A stretch of 64,000 bases of DNA. It comes from Squalus acanthias. Taxonomy: Eukaryota. Positions 62,313 to 64,000 of the stretch are shown here, one piece after another (the first letter of the stretch is position 1; every line of letters begins with the position of its first letter). A model generated the notes under the pieces. The model was given only the letters and a program-made list of their open reading frames with translations, did not search any database and was not told the DNA's origin. The translations under genes and the position numbers were made by a program. The stretch spans positions 95,048,001 to 95,112,000 of the forward strand of contig CM059432.1 of assembly GCA_030390025.1 (NCBI GenBank), in the 5' to 3' direction.

Positions 62313-62548
62313 CAAAAATAAAAACAGAAAATGCTGGAAATACTCAGCAGGTCAGGCAGCATCTGTGGAGAGAGAAACAGAGTTAACATTTCAGGTCGAT
62401 GACCCTTCGTCAGTTCTGATGAAGGGTCATCGACCTGAAACGTTAACTCTGTTTCTCTCTCCACAGATGCTGCCTGACCTGCTGAGTATTTCCAGCATTT
62501 TCTGTTTTTATTTCAGATTTCTAGCATCTGCAGTATTTTGCTTTTGCA
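62313..62548. mobile_element. Palindromic Penelope pseudo-LTR mini-element
   Basis: ~100-bp near-perfect inverted arms plus tail; 14-bp TSD TTAATCAACAAGGC (62299-62312, 62549-62562). Confidence 0.9.
62412..62448 (+). ncRNA. Minimal type I hammerhead ribozyme motif
   Basis: AGUU-CUGAUGA-A-GGGUC-AUC-GACCU-GAAA-CGU-U-AACU: intact core, palindromic ACGU stem III, predicted GUU cleavage triplet. Confidence 0.65.
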
Positions 62549-62684
62549 TTAATCAACAAGGCAATAGTTTGAATGAATTGATTAATAACACAATGGTCTA
62601 TTAGATGGATTCAATACTAGTAGATGTTTGAGTGAAGTTTTCATTTTTTTTCTCGTTCTAAGCATCTTCCTTTAAGTTTTACAA

Positions 62685-62795
62685 TAGCAAAATACGGCAG
62701 ATGCTGGAATCTGAAATAAAAACAGAAAATGCTGGAAATACTCAGCAGGTCAGGCAGCATCTGTGGAGAGAGAAACAGAGTTAACCTTTCAGGTT
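62685..62795 (-). mobile_element. Single Penelope pLTR plus tail fragment
   Basis: Near-identical to the tailed arm of the palindromic elements; truncated within hammerhead stem II. Confidence 0.8.
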
Positions 62796-63504
62796 CAAGT
62801 TTTCCTGGGCCAAGCACCAATCTATAGCCAACAAGGGATCTGGTCACAATTAGTAATGTGAGCACACATCTGGGTTACATGATGCCTTGCTGTTAAATAT
62901 GGCTGATACTAGGAACCTCCTGCTTATGAGGAATTGAATGCCATGTCCTATCAATCCATTCAAAATTGATAACTGTTGTTGATAATCTCCTGGTTTGTAC
63001 ACCACCTGATGTGGCACCAAGCTGTACAAACCAGGAAGGCCCCAGATTTTATTCCTAGTGTGTGCTGGGTTAGCTGATCTCAGCTGCGGTGGCAGTTGGA
63101 GGTTCTTTCTTCTTTAATTGCCGAAGAAAAATAAAGAGCTAAGGCCTATATTGCAGGGCATCACTAAGGTTGAAAAGAATAAAAGAGAAGATGAGGTAAA
63201 TCAGGAAATAGTGATTAAATGATACCAAGCAAAGCCTAAAGATTGTCAGAGGTATGGAAATCTGACAGAGGTAAGAAGTTCTGCAGAGTTGAGGCCCTGA
63301 GCAAGAATGAGCTGGAGTCTGTGCGATGAATCTTGACACAAGATGTGCAGAGGAAGAAGAGTGTGTAAGGCAATTCCTTTGGAACTTAAAAGGAACAAAA
63401 GGGGAAAATTCAGAGGAGCACCGATTATAGTAATATTGATAAAATACAGAAAAAAATATTTTTTTAAGTTGGAGAGAGCTAGCTAACACATAACCAGCTT
63501 CTTC

Positions 63505-63625
63505 TTGTATAAAGCATTTGACGATGCACTGCAGTGTCAGCCTAGATTATCTAATCAAGTCTCTGGAGCTGGGCTTGAACACATGACCTCCTGGTTCAGA
63601 GGTGAGAGTGCTACTACTGAGCTAT
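63505..63625 (-). mobile_element. tRNA-SINE head fragment (Deu SINE-like)
   Basis: gcagtgtcagcctagatt...cttgaac...ggtgagagtgctactactgagc resembles 1600-1700. Confidence 0.6.
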
Positions 63626-63711
63626 CTTCTATTGAAAGTCAATTGGCCTCAGCGTCCCCAACTAAGGAAGGGCAAATAACAACAGAATTCCCACTCCTGA
63701 CTGTGCCACTG

Positions 63712-63830
63712 CAGGATCAGGATTGGCTGTGATGCTTCCATGTTTGATTAACCTGCATGCACTATCAAGGCTTACACATGAAGAATGACCACATGGATGA
63801 GGCATGCAGAGGGTGGCATCCATGGGATTG
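63712..63830. repeat. Dispersed repeat (probable old SINE body), second copy at 150-265
   Basis: aggatcagg..tggctgtgatgc...cttacacatgaagaat..ccac.tgga is shared by both sites. Confidence 0.55.
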
Positions 63831-64000
63831 TACGCCAAATTGAGCCGCTGCTCCCCAAGAGAAGGGGATTAAAATTGGTGGAAAAATAAAATTAATAGAA
63901 CAGACAGGAGAAAATGATTTACTAAAATAATTTAACTGAGACCATTTACTAATGCCTCTAGTATTAAGTGCATGACTAAGTAGGCTGCACTATGGATTAG

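Overview
Eukaryotic, almost certainly vertebrate, non-coding DNA saturated with transposable elements. The repeat families (CR1/HER1-type LINEs with esterase ORF1, Deu-domain tRNA SINEs, Penelope elements) point to a cartilaginous fish; this is inference. No host gene exon could be supported. Contents: about ten CR1 LINE copies (one full-length with intact ORF1 and a 76-bp monomer 5' UTR, one with an uninterrupted ORF2), L2 and RTE fragments, Penelope fragments, five gene-bearing but decayed PIF/Harbinger elements plus many Harbinger MITEs, hAT MITEs, and a ~2.2-kb 23-bp minisatellite that produces spurious long ORFs. The most notable signal is a family of ~180-240 bp near-palindromic insertions with 13-16 bp target-site duplications. 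They are built from inverted Penelope pseudo-LTRs that carry a minimal type I hammerhead-ribozyme motif and strong splice acceptors. Also notable: a conserved 64-nt intron inside Harbinger MITEs, a hAT-associated deletion, and a 5' inversion in an RTE copy. All family assignments come from motif recognition by eye; no database searches were run.
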